Below are positions 51,595-64,000 of a stretch of DNA of 64,000 bases, piece after piece; position 1 is the stretch's first letter; every line of letters begins with the position of its first letter. Position numbers and translations under genes: made by a program. The notes below the pieces were generated by a model. The model made no database searches. It was not told the origin of the DNA and saw only the letters and a program-made list of their open reading frames with translations. Location: NCBI RefSeq assembly GCF_000143415.4, contig NW_003314423.1, positions 163,398 through 227,397 of the forward strand, read 5' to 3'. This stretch comes from Selaginella moellendorffii. Lineage: Eukaryota > Plantae > Lycopodiophyta.

Positions 51595-53510
51595 GGTGAC
51601 GATTACTCACAAAAGTTATTTCTTAGTGGGCAAGACTCTAGATGAGATTGTTTACAACATCTCAAAGTCAAAGCTTACATATGAGGAACAAATACACATT
51701 CTGAATGACCTCAATAGCAGACTTAGGGAAGGAGAAAAAGGTTTGGACAATATAATGGAGACTATGATAAGGAGGACCATTTACATTTCACAAACTATAT
51801 ATGAAGGGAAGATGTTTCTAGCACCTTTTATAGGGGATGATGCTGAGCAACTTCCACTCAAGGACTTTGTCACCACTGAACTTACAAAACTTGGAGAGGA
51901 CTAGCTACCAAAGAAGGCCACAAACACTACTCCATTTGATAAACAACTTGGCCAACCTTACTTCATGCGGCGAGTGGCTTTCAGGTAATATACAATTTCT
52001 CAACTATACTCAATTTATTTATATTCTATTATAGGTATCTCTGATATAGAGGCATTCCCCTTGAAACATTGGTATATAAACAACTCCTAAGGCATGGTGT
52101 GAGAGATGGAGGCATGTATCTGACAATAATGAAATTTCCAGTAGCAATAAAGATAGCTTGTCCTTGGGAATTGGAGATGCCAGATTATGCACCAACCCAC
52201 TGAGAGGCTGTAAGAGGCAACAATGAAGACGTGCTAGATGACGAAGATGATAGCCATGAGAATGTCGACACTGTTGGTGCCAATGGCGAGTAGAGTGAAG
52301 ATGATAGTGAGAACGACTTGCAAGAAATTCCTCAGGATGAAGTGGAGCAAGAGAACCAGAACGTACAAGAAGTTCTACCTCAATGAAAGCATGCAAATCC
52401 ACATCTAGAGGAATTAGTTAACAATGATGATAATCGTCCAAGATGTGCCTGTAACCAAAGAACTTCTCGAGGTATATTTCTCTTAATTTTCTCATATTCT
52501 TAGTTCCTCAAAATGGTTGTAGCAAAAACCATCGGGAGTAACTTCATTCTAGCTTATCTTGATGCCCGAGAAGAGGACTTGGAGGACTTACATCTACCAC
52601 ACGCCATATGATGGTATGTAAATTTTTCTTAAATTCACATCTTACCTTTGTCTTCCCCCCTAGATTTGCCCTATTTCTCTAGTGAAATTAAGATCTTTAT
52701 TGGCTCCTAGAGTTCATTGATGGCATATTTCAAGGAGGATGCTGAGAATATGGCTATCTGGCAAAAGTGGGAGCGCTTTTGTCAGAAGATCCATAGGCAA
52801 CCGCTCAAGAGCACAAACTTCATGCACTTTGACATGCCAGATGGTCTTCTAGATGCTGATGGTGATGTCCCAAGCTGGAACATCCTGATTAAAGACCACT
52901 TGAAAGATGCATTCCTTTTGGCAACAATTCTCCTTCATACAACCGGTCAAGTTGCCTTCATTCTCCTAAATAACCCCCATTAGATGTCTTGCCTTATGAG
53001 GTATATAACTTGAGTCAACTTCAAGAGGTTCTCTTCTAGGTGCATCATGGATAATGTTGGGGTCGCGACCAAAGGCATCCTAAACATGCCAAAGAAGGTA
53101 AGAAATCATCTTGTGTTTTGGATTGCCTCTAAAGTTTTATTATTCAGGTTATGATGTGAACTTACCATGTGTTCTGCAAAAGAGAAATAGTGAGCATGAT
53201 AGTGAGCATATTGCACAGTTTTTGCCAGGGTATAATCACTTTATTGACATCATACCAAATTTTGTAGACGACAACATCTACAACACATTGTTTGGGTATC
53301 AGTTCCAATCTCCATCGCCGATGCATGTTCTATTTGAGCTTTATTGCCCAACTAAGGGTGTTGTCATTGATTGAACAGGTAGTGGTTCGATGGTCGAGGC
53401 AGCACATGACTTTGGTAAATTGGTATTTGCAATTGCAGAATATGAGTTTTTCAAATGCCGTCTTAGAGGTTTTCGTCCTTCTTTATCAATTGCTTCTAGG
53501 AGGTAATTTA
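51595..53510 (+). pseudogene. A2 cargo gene, 3' half (MTase-like domain)
   Basis: VGKTLDEIVYNISKSKL matches A1 VNKTPNDMIYNIAKSKL. NFMHFDMPDG. LFELYCPTKGVVID..GSGSMVEAA. Confidence 0.8.
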
Positions 53511-53914
53511 TGATGTTTTAAAAACTTATATGCAATATATATTTAGTTTTCTAGAAGTCTTCCTAGGTATGTATAGCATAACATATGCAATATGTAAATT
53601 GAAAAATCTATTTATTGATGATACATTAAAAGACAATTGAATGCATCCACATGCAATGAGAAAAATATGTCATATGTCAATGTGATAATGATAATGACAG
53701 TGACAGTGTCAGTGTCATAGTGACAATGATAGTGTTAGTGACAAAGACAGTGTCACTGTCATAGATAGTTACAATATCAGTTTGTCAAATTTCATAATTA
53801 CTAGTATTATGAGTTTATTATCTATAGGTAATACAATTTTGTTAATAAAAAAAAGGTGAGAAGGGGGGGGGGGGGGATGGATAATATTATAGTGTAAGAA
53901 TTATTAGTAGCTAG

Positions 53915-54468
53915 AATTTTCAGAAGAATGGCCTAAAAATACCATATTCAGCACTTGTGGATGTAGTATTTACTAACAAAATATTATTCCTCACCCTAAA
54001 GCGATAATGGTTGTATGTTTTTAACTCTTTCTTGATTTTGTTATACATTCATTTATGCACACCTTCCACACCAGTTCTTGGGCAGTTGTGATAGTGTTTT
54101 AGAAAAGTTTCTAGACCCATACAACCTTCCGTTTTATCTAAATAAAAGTAGCAAATGGGACACTAAAGATAATATGTGTTCATTCTTTCAAAAGTTTCAG
54201 CCATATCTAAAGCAAGATCTTGAAGAAACATTTGGCATCACTCTTGAAGGACATAAAGTAATCCATCTTTAGTAGCAATATCTAGAATATTATCTAGAAG
54301 AGCGATCTCTTGTTCAGTCACACTTGAGGCTACAAAAGGAAAAGCCTCACAATGATTGTTATAAAGAGGGAAGGGTGGAATATTGGTAGAAGTTGGAGGT
54401 GCAGATGGAAATTCATATGAAATGCATGGGGGCCAAGTGCGAGTAGCAATAATATTTTCGCTAGCCAT
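53915..54468 (-). pseudogene. A2 zinc-finger-like accessory ORF, copy 1
   Basis: TRTWPPCISYEFPSAPPTSTNIPP matches 18255-18800. Confidence 0.6.
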
Positions 54469-54723
54469 TCCTACACTCTAAACAAATTGAAATTTCAATG
54501 TTGAAAGCATCTTTTATCGGTATTTATACTAAGAAAAGATTTAGGGGTTCTTGAAAGTTTACATTGTCAGCCTCAAAAATGGGACAGAATTATAACAGTG
54601 TCAAAACCACTTGTATAGATAATAATATCTTTATACATACTAGAATACTATCATTGTTGAAAATATAAGATTCTCCACTTTACTCATAAAGAATTAAACT
54701 TTTGAAAAGACTATGCATAACTT

Positions 54724-55280
54724 TCACATTACATTAAAGGGTGGCTTAAATATCCCATATTCTACATTCACTAATGTAATGTTCACCAATGGAATATTGT
54801 TCTCCACCATAAAATCATAATAACTATGTGTTTTTAATTCTTTTTTGATTTTCTTATATATCCACGTGTGCACACCTTGCAAACCCACTCTTGGGCATTT
54901 GCGATAATGCTCAATAAAATTTAGCAAACCCATATAACCATCTGTCTTGTTTAAATAAAAGTTGCATATAAGACATTGAAGATAATATATATCTACATCA
55001 AGCTCTTCTACCATATCTAGAGCAAGATCTTGAAAAAAATATTGACATTGCTCTTGGAGTATTAGATGCAATCTGACTCTTTTAACAACATCATAAAGAA
55101 GGAATTCTTGTTCAATTGCACTTGGGGTTGCAAATGGAAGAGCCTCACAATAACCCTAAAAATGAAAAGGAGGATTGTTGTGTAGAGGTGAAGGTGGATT
55201 ATTAGTTGAGATTGGAAATGGAGGTGGAGGCTCATATGAGAGGCTTCTGGGACCAAAAATAAACCTTTCCTAACCATTAT
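54724..55280 (-). pseudogene. A2 zinc-finger-like accessory ORF, copy 2 (tandem paralogue)
   Basis: LQEQCQYFFQDLA..YYLQCLICNFYLNKTDGYMGL..EHYRKC. Confidence 0.6.
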
Positions 55281-55903
55281 AACACACAAGAAAAATTAAA
55301 CTTCCAAGCAATAAGAATTCTCCAATTAATATACTATATTTCAATCTCGGGAATGATGTTTTATTATGACATGATAATATATTAAATCATAATTATCAAT
55401 CTCAGTAATTACAGCCTACTATGAGAGATAGCTATAGGGTTCCAAAAACTAAAAACTAGCACATAATTAATACGTAGCCTTATTTTATATAACTAGTTTG
55501 CCATATATAATAATAGCAAATGCACATAAACACGCAAGTATGTCTTTTTGTAAGATTACCTTTCAATCTCAAAAATATATATAGATTTAACTCTTTGATT
55601 TGTCCATATCATATATACTACACACTTATACTCCTTCCAAAGATAAAACATATAAAAAGGAATAAGATATATATAAAAAACTTACTTTTTTATATAATAT
55701 TTTAGTGGATTACAAAAGCTATTAAAAGCTTTATAGAGTGGATTTATTAATGCTTTCTACTGCACTGTCCATTCCTTCTTTTCTCTTGTTCTAGACTGCT
55801 GTTTTGGAAGTAACAGAAGCATGTTTATCAATAGTGACAATGGTCTTTATATTTCCGGATGGGTAATAAAGACCAAGAGTGTAATATGGAGATTGTGGTA
55901 GTG

Positions 55904-58900
55904 TGTCACGAATATGATTTTGGGTATCGAAAAATACTTGTCAGCCAATGCTTACAGACACTCTTTCTTTATTGCCATGACGGTAGGAGGTCAATACTAC
56001 TAGTTCCCTTTATGGTCTCCACCCAAACTAGTTGAGAAACTAGTCAGTGCATGTGCACTTAGACTAAAAGGGCACTGAGGAAGGAAATCCTAAATTGTCA
56101 TTAAGTCAAGTATACTTGACATGGTGACGAGAAACTCATGTTATTGGCTTGCATTTGCTAGTGTTGAGAACCCCCGCAATATTGAACTAGTCCCTTAATA
56201 TTCGCTAAATGATAGTTTACCATTTCTGCCAAACACCCTTGCTATCATGCCCTTTATGTTAATCTTATTTTAGTCCCAAATGCTATTTATGGAAAGTGTC
56301 TAGATTTGCTCATTTGGCATATCTAGGGAATGTAGAGATTATTCTAAACACAAGGTGTTCATCCCATGTCCAAATTCACAATCTAAAGACATTCCATATT
56401 TAATAAGTTTTGAGCTTGTCCCAGAGACTAACTCTTGGTACTAAGGGAGGCTTAGGGTGAAAGCCTAAAGCATGTGTTCCTCAAGGGGGGTGGGGGTATA
56501 GGGGGTTTCAAATATATGGTAGGGATAATGGTTGGAATGTATGTCCGACCACCTGAGACATAAGTTTGGCTCCCACTGGGTTGTGTCACTCCTTATTCTG
56601 CGTCTGGCTTGGGTGTAAGCCCAAGCTCCACACTACTCTAGTCAGTGGGGTACCCTCCTCATGTTTAGCCACCAGTATGCCAAAATTGTGCCAAACACTA
56701 TCTGACACCATTTTACATGTAGGTGCTGGATACGAGGAGCTAGTGCTTGTGGGATTGTATCGGACCCTTGTTTCGTAGTGCAACGGGCTTGGAGTTCGGC
56801 TCTAAATTCAGGTGCGCTGCATTTGGTATCAGAGAAATTGTCTTAGCAAATTCTATCCAACTTTTGTCAGATTTTCTGACTCACGCAGAGACTTTTTTAG
56901 TAAATCCAAAGTGACCTGTGTAGGATTAATTGGATTGCACCATTCAGTAAGAATGTTGTATGCATGTTCAATTATTGATAAAGGCATGCATGCAACTAGC
57001 AGGACGGTGAAAAGGAACCATGTTAATGACGTTGAAACCTCTAGATGGGCAAATTGAGAGGAGGAAACTCCTACTAAAGATGCTGCAGAAGAGGCAAAGG
57101 TTGAGTCAAAAGAGGAAGAGCCAGATGTTATGGCGTTGCAGCATATGGCTTAAGAAATCGAGATCGAGATTTGCAAAGGGAAATTCGCAAATTGAAGAAA
57201 GAGAACAAAAAGAGGAAGAAAGAAACTAAGGCAACTAAACTAGCTAAACCTAAGCAACTAAACTCCTCTTCAAGTTTTGAGGATGAAGAAGTTCTGCAAC
57301 CGCCTCTGGTTACATGAGTTTCAAAGTTTAAGCCTCCGAAACCACCCAATTTCAAGGGCATGCGGGACTATCAGGTTTTGGAAGATTGGGTATACAATAT
57401 GGAAAACTATTTCATAGCGGCAGATGTAGATGATCGTACGAAAGTTGCATATGTGCAATCCTTTCTCACCGATCATGCCAAAACTTGGTGGCACCAGATG
57501 TGTGCTGAAAAAGGGCAGACTAGAAGTTGGACCAAGATGCGATCTCGTATCCGTAAGGAATACTTGCTGGATGATCTTGGTTTGAGACTTCGTGCGGAGT
57601 TGCAGCGGTTAAAGTAGCGAGAGGACTTTATGCATTATGTTAATGTGTTTGCTTAGAAGTGCATTATGATATCCAATATGAGTGACAAAGATGCTCGGAG
57701 TTATTTCCTAAAAGGTTTAAATTCACTTTCTCGTAATGAGATTTTGAAGTTTAAGCCAAAGACATACTTGGAATGTAAGGAGGTAGCACAGCAAGTTGCC
57801 TTTAGTCACTTGCTCATGGAATAATATCAATAGTTATATGCTAGTACCTTGGACAAGAATAAGAATTTTGGGAATAAATAAGGTGATCGGAAATAGAGGG
57901 TGGAAGGAAGGTTCTACCATGGAGGCTCACAAGTAACGGTTAACAAAAGTGGTGGTGGTTAGAGTTTCTTCTAGTCCTAGGCCCTCTGTTCCTCCTCCTA
58001 GTGGGTACAAGCAGCAACAACTTGCAAAACCTGCTCCTAGCGGAACGGGTAGTATGGGTCATTGCTTCCATTGTGAAGAGTTAGGACATAGGTCCTCAGA
58101 ATGTCCCAACAAACATAAGACAAGGTCTCGTATTAATATCATGAGGGAAGATGGTGGTGGTGAAGTTGAAGGGGTTGATGAGTTGGTCAATGCAGACTAT
58201 AAAGAAGAAGAGGTGAGTTATTTTCGTTGCTTTTCTCAAGCTTTTTTCGTAGTCAATGCAAACATTGATCCGTTGATGTATCTAGTAGGCTTTGTCCGCA
58301 GACACCAAATGCGAGTGATGATTGACATAGGAGCTACGCACAGCATGATATCCGAAGACTTAGTTAAGTTGTTAAGATTGAATGTTGAGCAAATGTCATC
58401 CATTGTAGCGCATGTGATTATGGGATGAGATTTAGATATACTGTCACCGTGGATCCTTGGAACTTTAGGGGATAAATGGGGATAAAATAGCCACTAAGGG
58501 CTCTCTCATCAAGCAATTCCCCCTTTTCCAATTGTCTTAAGAGGAGAGAGATAAGGTGTGCTATAGTTGGTATCGGAGCAAATGGCACGAGTTCGATTCC
58601 CATTGATTAGTGGCTACTTAAAAATATAATATTGAGTAAGGTATATTCCTACCCCTAAATTTGAAATCGTACATATTGGGCATCCATCGCGTACATCCTT
58701 CCTCTTGTGTGGAGTATCCACGAACGAAAGTATCCACTGTGGGACTGTGGTACGGGTGGATAACTAGTTGCCTCACATGGAATAACTAATCTATACAATG
58801 GAAGGATTGGTAGATTTAGTGCAGAAATGGAGAGGTGCTAGTTCCTCTTGGCTTGGTAGGGGTTGTTAGTCAATAGTCAATAAGGACATTAACATCTCTA

Positions 58901-61900
58901 AAGGGGGGGTGAGTGTAGCGTATGTGATCATGGGATGAGATTTAGATATACTGTCACCGTGGATCCTTGGATCCTTAGGGGATAAATGGGGATAAAATAG
59001 CCACTAAGGGCTCTCTTATCAAGCAATTGCCCCTTTTTCAGTTGGCTTAAGGGGAGAGAGATAAGGTGCATTACACCCATGCACTTTCGGTTTGCGAAAG
59101 GTGGGCAAGTAGCTAGAAAATTTGTGACTGATGTTCCAATAAAAATATCTAAGTGGAAAGAAAGAGTGGACTTGGTAGTGTTGAAGATACTAGATTTTTA
59201 GATGGTGTTTGGTATAGATTTCTTCAATAGATATATTACAGGGATTTATGGTGCTGGATAAAGTTATATCATATTGAAGTCAGAAGGACATTCTGATGTG
59301 TCCTTCCAGTTGTAAAAGTGCTCCTCAAAGGATTGGGATACTTAATTCCTGACTATGAGAGCCGCTCAAAAAGTAGCTAAGAAGGGATGTCGGACCTTTT
59401 GGGTTCAAGTGATGGAAGCTAAGGGTGTAGGTGACTTAGTTCGAATCAGTGACAAGGTTGATCCTGTACCAAAAAAGATATTGAAGTTGTTGGCGAGGAA
59501 TCAGGATATATTTCCGAAGGATTTGCCACCAAGGCTACTTCCTAGCCATGAGGTTGATCATTAGATTCAGGTCATTCTGGGTTCTACATGACCTAAAAAG
59601 GCTTCGTATCATCTGAACATCAAGGAGATGGCTGAACTCAAGAAGCAACTCATGGAATTTTTTGACAAAAGTCATATTTGACCAAGTAAGTTACCTTATT
59701 GAGCACCGGTCCTTTTTGTTATAAAAAAGGATGGAACCATGAGGATGTGTATTAACTATCAGGCACTCAACAAGATCACGGTCAAAAATAGTTATCCTTT
59801 GCTTTGCATTGATAACTTGTTTGACCAACTTTTAAAGGTTAAGTATTTTACGCGACTTGAGTCCAGGTATCATCAGATATGAGTGGTGGATCAGGATGAG
59901 AAGATAACCTTTAAGACTCAATACAGATCTTATGAGTCACTTGTCATGCCATTTGGGTTATGCAATGCTCTAGCAATGTTCAACACTATGATGGATAGAA
60001 TATTCAAAGATTATTTAGACACATTTGTTATCCTATATATCAACGATATTTTAATCTTTAGTGAAACATTGGAGGATCATTTGAAACACTTGGAGTTGGT
60101 GTTTCAAAAGTTGTGTGAACACAAACTATATGCTAAGGAAAGTAAATGTGCTTTTCAACAATTCCAGGTAAACTTTCTCAGACATATAGTTGGTGGTGGC
60201 GTAATTGAGGTGGATCCAAAAAAGGTGGAAGCAGTAAAGTCTTGGGAAGTCCCGACCACTGTATCAGATGTTTGTTCCTTTCTCAATTTAGCGGGATACT
60301 ATTGCAAGTTTGTCTACAATTTTGAAAGAGTTGCTCTTCTATTAACTGAGTTAACAAAGAGTAGTATACCGTTTCATTGGACACCAACTTGTCAGCGTGC
60401 TTTTGTACGATTGAAGGAGATCTTGACTACGGTTCCTATTCTCAGGATCCCAGATCTTGATAAACACTTCAAAGTGCATTGTGATGCATTTGGCTATGCT
60501 ATTGGTGCCATGTTATAACAAGATTGTGATAAAGCAGTTGGTGTTATGCTAAGGCGGCATGGTTGTCCCATTGCATTCTATTCCAAGAAATTGGATAAAA
60601 CCCAACGAAGATGGCTAACGCATGAGAAAGAGATGTTTGCTATAGTGTCAGCACTAGAACACTAGAGACACTACTTGGGTGGACACACCAAAATTTATAC
60701 AGATAGTAACACATTAAGCTACTTTGCTATGCAGCCTAAGCTTATGCCAAAGCAGGCTTGTTGGCAAGAGAAGCTTGCTAGATATGATATTGAAATCATA
60801 TATAAACCTAATAAAGACAATATTGTTCCAGATGCATTGAGTCGTCAGGCTCAATTCCGGGCAATATCAGCAATTAGTTCGGACTAGTTGGAGGACGTAT
60901 GGAAGTGATTCGTTGGCGAAGACAATCTTACGCCATGTGGAGTTGTCAAAGTAGGACTTTGGTAGTGAAGCAGCGAAAGTTGCTAGCCGCACCAATGTAA
61001 AGCTTCACTTCTCAATTTGGGATGGGTTTATATTCTATTGTATCTTCCCTCTAAGGATCTGTAGCAGTTGTTTCTACAGGAATATCATGATGCTCCGGCA
61101 GTGGGACATGGCGGAAAGCGAAAGACTCTAGTTGAAAAAGGGATTTTTCTGGTCTGGTATGGAAGGTGATGTAGCGGATATTGTCCATTCTTGCCCTATA
61201 TGCCAGCAATGTAAGCCAAAGCTGAGAAGTAGGCTAGAAAGTTGTAGTGCATTAAAGCATCAGTATGGTTATTTCAAAGTGTGATACTTGATTTCGTCAC
61301 TTGCTTGCCAAAGTTTAAAGGTTTGGTGGTTGTAGATTGGTTGTCGAAGATTGCATACTTTATTCCAATTGTGGGAACAATGAATGCGAAACAAGCAGCA
61401 AAGCTCTTTTTCCATTAAGTAGTGCGGGTTCATGATCTTCCTGAAGAGATAATCTCAAATAGAGATTTGAGGTTTATGGGGAAGTTATGGGGCACACTAT
61501 TCTAGCTGTTTGGTACCAAATTAAAGTTTAGTATGGCTTATCATCCTTAAACTGATGGGTAAACCGAACGCGTGAATGCTCAAGTTAAGGATTATCTACG
61601 GTACTATGTCGCAGCAAACCAATTGAATTGGGTTGACCATTTGGACACAGCAGAAACCTATCATAACAACACATTTCACAGCACTATTGGCTATTCTCCA
61701 TGGGAGATGCTCCAAGGGAATGCTTGTGGAGTGCCTTAATAGATTGTTGTACCGAAACCAATGTCCGAAGTGTTGGTCCCAGCCATTGAGACTTATGCAG
61801 AGCAACTACGTCAAGGTTGGTCTAGAGCTACTAAGGCAATGGGCAAAGCTCATGATAGGTATCGACGTGATAAGAATCAACATTATCGAGATGTATCCTA

Positions 61901-62958
61901 TCAAGTGGGAGATCAGGTGTGGCTATCTTCCTAGAACTTGAATGTTAAGGGATCTTTGTCTCAGAAGCTGTTACCAAGATATGTCTATCGGGTGTTGAAA
62001 GGACTTGGTGATATATCCTATCAGTTGGATATTTCACAAGAGATGTCCAGACTTCATGATATGTTTCATGTTAGTTTATTGGCCCTATATCATGAGGATC
62101 CTAGCCGCTTTAGGGATGTTCTTCCAGCTCCAGATGTTATTGATGGTGAACCAGAGTATGAGGTTAAGGCTATTCTTTTGTCTCGTAAGGCCGAACCAAA
62201 GAATATTTAGTTAAGTGGAAAGGTTACCCATCTTGTGAATCAACTTGGGAGCCTCTTAGAAATCTTACACATGCTTGTGAGCTTGTCACGGAGTATGAGA
62301 ATTGTAATAAAGAATAGTTTTGTAAATCTTATAATAAATTTTGTAAATCAATAAAGTAATATCTTTTTATAAATCAAAGTTCATTTCTCTCATTTGTTAG
62401 TCCTTGGGTCAGTTTTGGCAGATTGACTTCAACACTTTGGTACATGTATCCAATCCATAACTATAGGGATAACTATTATAGACTGATCACAAGTCCCCGC
62501 CTCTCTCTTGATGACTCATTTTTGAAAAGGGGCATGGTCGTATAAACAACTTAATCTACCAATTTATAATAGTTGTCTAAATCTTCCCAACGGGGTTGAT
62601 TTCTTGCTCAGGGGAAGTTGGGCCTCTAGCCTTCTCCTTGTGTCCTTGCAGGTAGGGATGTATCATTCCTTTGTAAGCTAAGTGGTACTCGGAGCAATAG
62701 TCATTTCCTTGTCGGTGACGGCCGGAGGGTTCTGCATCCGACTTGGATGTAAGCCCAAGCTCCACACTGCTCTAGTTGGTGGGGTACCTTCCTCCTTGCG
62801 TTAAACCACCGGTATGCCAAAATTGTGCCAGACACCGTCTGACACCATTTTGCGTGTAGGTGCTGGATACGGGGAGTTGGTGCTCATGAGATTGTACTAG
62901 ACCCTTGTTTCATAGTGTAACAGGTTTAGAGTTCGGCTCTAAATTCATGTGTGCTACA
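55904..62958 (+). mobile_element. Full-length decayed chromodomain Gypsy element inserted in the A2 small ORF
   Basis: Perfect TSD TAGTG. 5' LTR 55904-56821, PBS TGGTATCAGAG at 56824. gag CFHCEELGHRSSEC, protease MIDIGATHS, RT YINDILIFS, RNase H, integrase, chromodomain EYEVKAIL. 3' LTR about 62539-62958. Confidence 0.9.
58404..59075 (+). mobile_element. Complete TRIM (672 bp)
   Basis: LTRs 58404-58565 and 58914-59075. PBS TGGTATCGGAGC at 58568. PPT AAGGGGGGGTGAG. TSD TCCAT/CCCAT. Non-coding interior. Confidence 0.92.
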
Positions 62959-63241
62959 TAGTGAAACAAAATTAACATTCTCATATTTCTGTATACTAGA
63001 ACTACTTATAGATTTTTTGTCTTCCTTGCTTCCCATTTATGTAAACCCTAAAGAATGTATGTATAGGCATTAAAGAAGATCTACCAGCAAATGGTTGCTC
63101 TAGCAAGCACAAAGAAAGATCCAGATGTTGCAAACACTATCGACGACATCTCTGCGAAAATCAAAAACCTCAAAAATTAGCTCTAAAAATTTTGAAGAGC
63201 AAAAACATTAAGGACTGACAACTTTTCTGATGACAGGAATG

Positions 63242-63959
63242 TGTAAGCAACTAAAGGGAACGACTTGAGAGACAATCCATAGGGTTCAAATATAAAGGGA
63301 AAGGGCCTATAAACAAGAGTGCACCCCTTTTTTAATCAGTTAAGGGTCTTGGGATATTTAGGGTTAAGCATTCTTAAGTTTGAATAATACTGGGTTGGGT
63401 GACTTCCCAGGAAGTCCAAATTCAGGAGCTTACATTTGGTATAAGAGAGGTCTCAGGTCCGACTCTATTGGTTGACTTAGGGGAATCATACCATATGTTA
63501 AGATTGACATCTAGCAGGTCCAGTTTGCCTTCGGCTGAGCTCGACCCGAGGGGTAAAAGAGCGGTGGCTCTCAGCTTCCGTTCACGAGGGCATGAACTTG
63601 TAGGGAAGCATAGTGGATTATAAGCAGCCAAAAGGAACAACTTGAGAGACGATCCATGGGGTTTAAATATAGAGGGAAAGGGCCCATGAACAAGAATGCA
63701 CCCCTTTTTTTAATTGGTTAAGGGTTTTGAGATATTTGGGGTTAAGCATCCTTGGGTTTGAATATGTAAGCACCCAAAGGGAATGACTTGAGAGACGATC
63801 CGTTGGGGTTCAAATATAGAGGGAAAGGGCCCATGAACAAGAGTGCACCCCCTTTTCCAATCGGTTAAGGGTCTTGGGATAGTTGGGGTTAACCGTCCTT
63901 GGGTTTGAATAGTACTGGGTTGGGTGACCTCCGGGGAAGTCCAAACTCAGGAGCTCCCA
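63242..63959 (+). mobile_element. Cassandra-type TRIM with 5S rRNA-derived LTR core (three LTR copies)
   Basis: LTRs start at 63242, 63619 and 63765 and contain GTTAAGC...TAGTACTGGGTTGGGTGACCTCCGGGGAAGTCC (5S box A/C-like). PBS TGGTATAAGAG at 63437. Confidence 0.85.
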
Positions 63960-64000
63960 TTAGATTCAAGCAACATGGGGTGTGATTCCCCTAGCCAACC

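Larger units (their letters stand above)
29432..63050. mobile_element. Family A copy A2 (diverged subfamily; interrupted by a solo LTR, element B and a Gypsy; partly inverted; right TIR missing)
   Basis: Left end aagcgtggaccatacttaagctca matches the A1 left end. Colinear with A1 once the insertions and the 35939-51594 inversion are undone. Confidence 0.8.

Noticed and set aside
63360-63945. 5S rRNA genes
   Set aside because: Only the internal box A/C-like core is present, embedded in TG...CA LTRs with a PBS. This is Cassandra.

Overview
Eukaryotic, very likely plant, heterochromatin (Cassandra TRIM, TTTAGGG repeats, GT-AG introns of about 50-70 bp), with assembly gaps. I found no host gene. 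The window is a stack of nested transposons: several decayed Ty3/Gypsy elements, a 162-bp-LTR TRIM family, a 5S-bearing Cassandra TRIM, and two large cargo-carrying DNA transposon families. Family A is Mutator-like (DDE + SWIM transposase, short G-rich TIRs, 8-bp TSD), with one complete copy at 8319-20018, one rearranged copy from about 29432, and one right end at 1-1524. Family B is Sola-like/DUF7869-type (24-bp TIRs, 4-bp TSD, about 13 kb). It inserted into the second A copy and was then split by an inversion of about 15.65 kb (35939-51594). Main result: although their transposases are unrelated, A and B carry the same kind of cargo. Each has a divergently transcribed, intron-containing gene for a ParB/Srx-like domain fused to a beta-class DNA amino-methyltransferase-like domain (in B extended by an FCP1-like HAD domain), and each has a homologous small 'ISLPxSPYYTPG' ORF. 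B also carries about 24 copies of a 22-bp palindrome (ATGGCRTG-N6-CAYGCCAT), mostly in its introns and promoter. A has subfamily-specific hairpin or repeat arrays in intron 1 of the same cargo gene. This suggests a transposon-encoded self-recognition or self-marking (parS-like / anti-silencing) system; the function is inferred. Domain calls come from motif recognition by eye, not from database searches.
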